Shown here piece by piece: positions 60,461 to 64,000 of a DNA stretch of 64,000 bases (position 1 is its first letter; each line of letters starts with the position of its first letter). The notes under the pieces were generated by a model that searched no databases, was not told the DNA's origin, and worked only from the letters and a program-made list of their open reading frames with translations. Made by a program: the position numbers and the translations under genes. The stretch comes from Eledone cirrhosa (Eukaryota): contig OZ024751.1 of NCBI GenBank assembly GCA_964016885.1, positions 36,766,001 to 36,830,000 on the forward strand. The letters run 5' to 3'.

Positions 60461-63309
60461 TACCAGTCTGTGTTCTAGGTTATATATATATATAAATTAC
60501 AATCAGGCTCTGGAGTCAATTCTTTCCTTATATCTCTTTCACACTTCCTCTCTATTAATTTCTCTCCCCTCTTACCTTATTGATCCGGGGGTGGACAAAG
60601 ACAAAATAATTTTAACACTGACTGTCCGTGGACTCAATACGTAGAAGCGATGAAATAAATCCTGCTACCTATAGTACAACCATTTTCGCCAAATAACATG
60701 ATTATAAAGAAGAACCAAGAAGTCTACACACATTAATACCGAATACATATAAATAGATGTTATATTAAATTATACTAAGACGATTTCATATTCATATATA
60801 AACGATAGGATTAATGTATAATTAATATCTTTATCGTGAATAATTAATTAAAATTTAATAATATCTTCTAAACTTTAGAGTTAATTTTCGTTATAATTCA
60901 CGTTTGAAAAAAAAAAAATATTCAAAATTAATTTTGTTTTAATTACATGGTTATTAGTTGCATGGCGTAATGAATGCTTCTGAAACACCGCATATTCAGA
61001 TATGCTACCTAGCTTTATATTTTGGAAAAAACTTGTCCTTCAATTTTGGTTAGTGGTACGTCTAATACAGTAATGAACATGTCAACCTCACATAGTACTA
61101 TTCTCTATAAATTTATGGCTTTATAATGTAGGACAATATGGCAAAGAAAAAAATATTCGAGTCAAGGATGGAAAGTAATGGATAGTATTTCGCTGGTTTG
61201 CTCTGTTGAATTCTAACTGACATAGAATAACGCCTCACCCAGAGAAAGGTTATCCATTACTTTTGACTCTGGACAATCTGGAGGTTTGGGTAAAATTAGC
61301 ACTGTTCTTCAGATAGTAAAATTGACCTGTATATAATATTGTTAGTTTTGTGGTTAAGGAGTTCGCTTAACAATTATATGGTTTTGAGTTCGAACCGCAC
61401 CACATGTGAGGGTCGGAAGAAAGGTTTATAGGCTAACTAAGAAGGGAGGATGCTAGAGCTGTGGAACCTTGCATGCATTAATTTAAACTCTTCTTATTAA
61501 TAACTGCATTGTTTCTTTCCAGGGACTCGGTTGAGCTTTTCAGCCGAATCTCGTATTGGAAACGTTTCTTCTATCCCAGCTTCCAATAGACCAGAGATTT
61601 GTGAGTGATATTTGGTAGACGAAAACCTTGTAGCTGCTCTACGGAGAGCTTGCTTCTGTTCTAGAGTGAAACCTTAAATATTTGTCCTGTTTATTATCAT
61701 CATCTAGTCGAGGTGTCACCAAAGTGATCGATATTGATCCAGAGAGGCAGATAAATCTATCCGGATGATCTATTGAACATTTGGGGTGAAGTGTGACATT
61801 TGTATAATAAATAAATATGCAGGAAATTATATACAATAAAATACAACTTGTTTATACAAGTTTCATATATATATATATATACTCTTTATTGTCAATATAT
61901 TTTATATTCTGTTTACCTATTTATATATGTTTATTCATTTATTTAATATAAACAATGGAGTGTTCACTCGGAGAGATGCTATAAAAGAGCTTATGAAATA
62001 AGCTGAATACCCTTAAAGCCGGAAAATGAAGTTGTATCGCGTTTAATGAGGGTTTCAAGTATTCCATTAAATAGTTGTTTGAGGTGTCTTGGCCTAGGAC
62101 ATGTATGCCTTTAACGAAGTCCACCGTGTTGTAATGACACTGACCAGGTCACGTGTCTGAGAACACCTTTCTCACAAGTGCCACAGAAACATTGAAAAAG
62201 GTTACCTGCCGCCTCCAGAATAATGTCATTAAATAAAATATATAAATAATCATTTGTGTTTGTGAGTGTTTGTACAAGGTCAAGTTCCTTTCCTTGAAAT
62301 TTTCCCATAAGTTTATGTCAGCTTATGTTAATATAACGATCTTTTCTTTTCATGTTCTAGTAAGTTTAGTAGCTATAGCCTGTTTGTATTTTTTGTGTCA
62401 GGTCAAAAGGATTTGCATAATTTATGCAGCAAAATTAATAACAATAAACAAACAGCTTACTATATAAATAAAGGAGAAACCCATTTGATTGGCCTCGTGA
62501 AACTGAAGCAAATATCTATACATATATATATGTGCCTGTACATATATATGAAAAGCAGAAGAACTGCGAAACCGGTAAAGGAACAAAATAAATATATATT
62601 TTTATAAAAAAAAGACTCCAGTTGCATTTTCGATTTCATCTTTTTTCCTTATACTTTCATTCATGTAGGACACCTCGTTTTTTTTTTCATTTTGTAAAAA
62701 ACCCTCACTTTCTAATATATATATATATATTAAACGTAAAGGAACTCAGCAACCTCTCCAAGTCTGAACATAGTCTATGTCTCCCAGAGAAGGAGATAGT
62801 AAGTGATAGAGAGGAAGCACAAAAGATATATGGAGGGAAAATGAACCTCGAAATGATAAATGGCAAAGTTGAACTCGGGTGGAATATTAACTCAGAGAAG
62901 AGAGAAACGGAAGGCCTATATGAAGCTGATTATATCAACAGAACTGCCTACTTCGGAAATGATGAAGTAGCATTCCACTAACACGTGAACGATCAGCATA
63001 TTTCTCAGGGAGATTCAGCATAACAGGATGCACATACATATAGGCGAAATGCTAGTTAAACCTCCGCTCCTCAGAAAATTGACGTCATTTGTTGAAACCA
63101 GTTTAATCGGAAGCAGGTTTAAAATGAACATTTCGTTTTTTGCAAAAAACATAATGAGAGAAAAGACATCTAATACCATAAATAATAGAAACTTAGAACG
63201 CAATCCGGTTTTCTCTTGCTCGAAATAAATAATTATACCTAAATAAATGAATAGATAATATGTAAAAAAAAGAGGTAAATAATAAATAAATAAATAAATA
63301 AATAGAGGT

Positions 63310-63465
63310 GGAGGCATGGCTATGTGGTTAAAGAGGTTTTCGTAATCATGAGGTTTCAAGTTCACTTCTAATACATGATATTTTGGGCAAGTATTTTCAA
63401 CTATATCCTTAGACTGGGTAATACATTGGGAGTGACATTTGGTAAAGGGAAGCTACAGAACCCCG

Positions 63466-63468
<3 letters not shown>
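63310..63468 (+). mobile_element. Second tRNA-derived SINE family (ttgggcaagt core-like motif); relatives at about 56318-56460, 61345-61400, 61555-61630 and 39770-39840 (minus)
   Basis: tRNA-like head ggcatggctatgtggttaa...gtttcaagttcac, followed by ttgggcaagt and gtgagtg..atttggta-like segments. Confidence 0.6.
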
Positions 63469-63529
<61 letters not shown>

Positions 63530-64000
63530 AACAACAAACAGTGGAGGACGCGTTTCGCACCTTTCCGACAGACAACCTTTCCCCCACCCCGGAAAAAACC
63601 CCAGTTGATGGATGTGAATCCGAAATATATAGGGACAATTAAATCTCTCCCAAGGTAACTCTCTCTCGTGTTCTTATTTTTATTTTATCCTTTATACTCT
63701 TTCCTTCATTCTTCTACACGTCTTATACGCACCACGCTTCTCAACGTACACCCACTTACCTCTCTCTCTCCACCACCGGATCTTGTTACCCGGAGATTTA
63801 CCCATTTGCATTGTCGAGGCTTCCAAACGACTTAAAGATATTTACCTATTGTTCCACAATGCTTCAAGCAAACTTCAATACTCTCTTATATATATATATA
63901 TATATAAGTTTATCCCGGGTTCAATCGGGGGTAACCACAGTAAGTAAGGTACTCAATACAAAGCAGAGTATACATATTTAATATAGAAAATCCTTCTACA

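Noticed and set aside
61345-61405. tRNA gene
   Set aside because: Only degenerate A/B-box motifs are present with no cloverleaf; this is a SINE head.
61523-61600. Candidate 78-nt exon (tttctttccag ... gtgagt)
   Set aside because: The donor lies inside a SINE segment (gtgagtg..atttggtagac), the peptide is unrecognisable, and no partner exons were found.

Overview
Repeat-saturated, AT-rich eukaryotic DNA with no recognisable host gene. The SINE families seen suggest a coleoid cephalopod, probably octopus (inference from recalled repeat consensus). Most ORF-track calls are microsatellite or minisatellite artefacts. Supported content: a 5'-truncated, twice-frameshifted R4/Dong-like RT+RLE LINE in a (TAA)n tract (29583-31450), two RTE-type LINE 3' remnants, about 20 tRNA-derived SINE copies, 45-, 42-, 78- and 24-bp minisatellites, and a 200-N gap. 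The main hidden signal is that many short unique-looking islands between (TA)n tracts carry type I hammerhead ribozyme (HHR) motifs and inverted terminal duplications. This is the architecture of Penelope-like element (PLE) ends or non-autonomous retrozyme-like derivatives. At least six unrelated families occur, with about 20 intact, variant or decayed motifs. They show compensatory covariation, a repeated CAGAAGA core variant, long stem II inserts, and copies that begin at the predicted cleavage site. All folds were derived by eye and need computational and biochemical confirmation.
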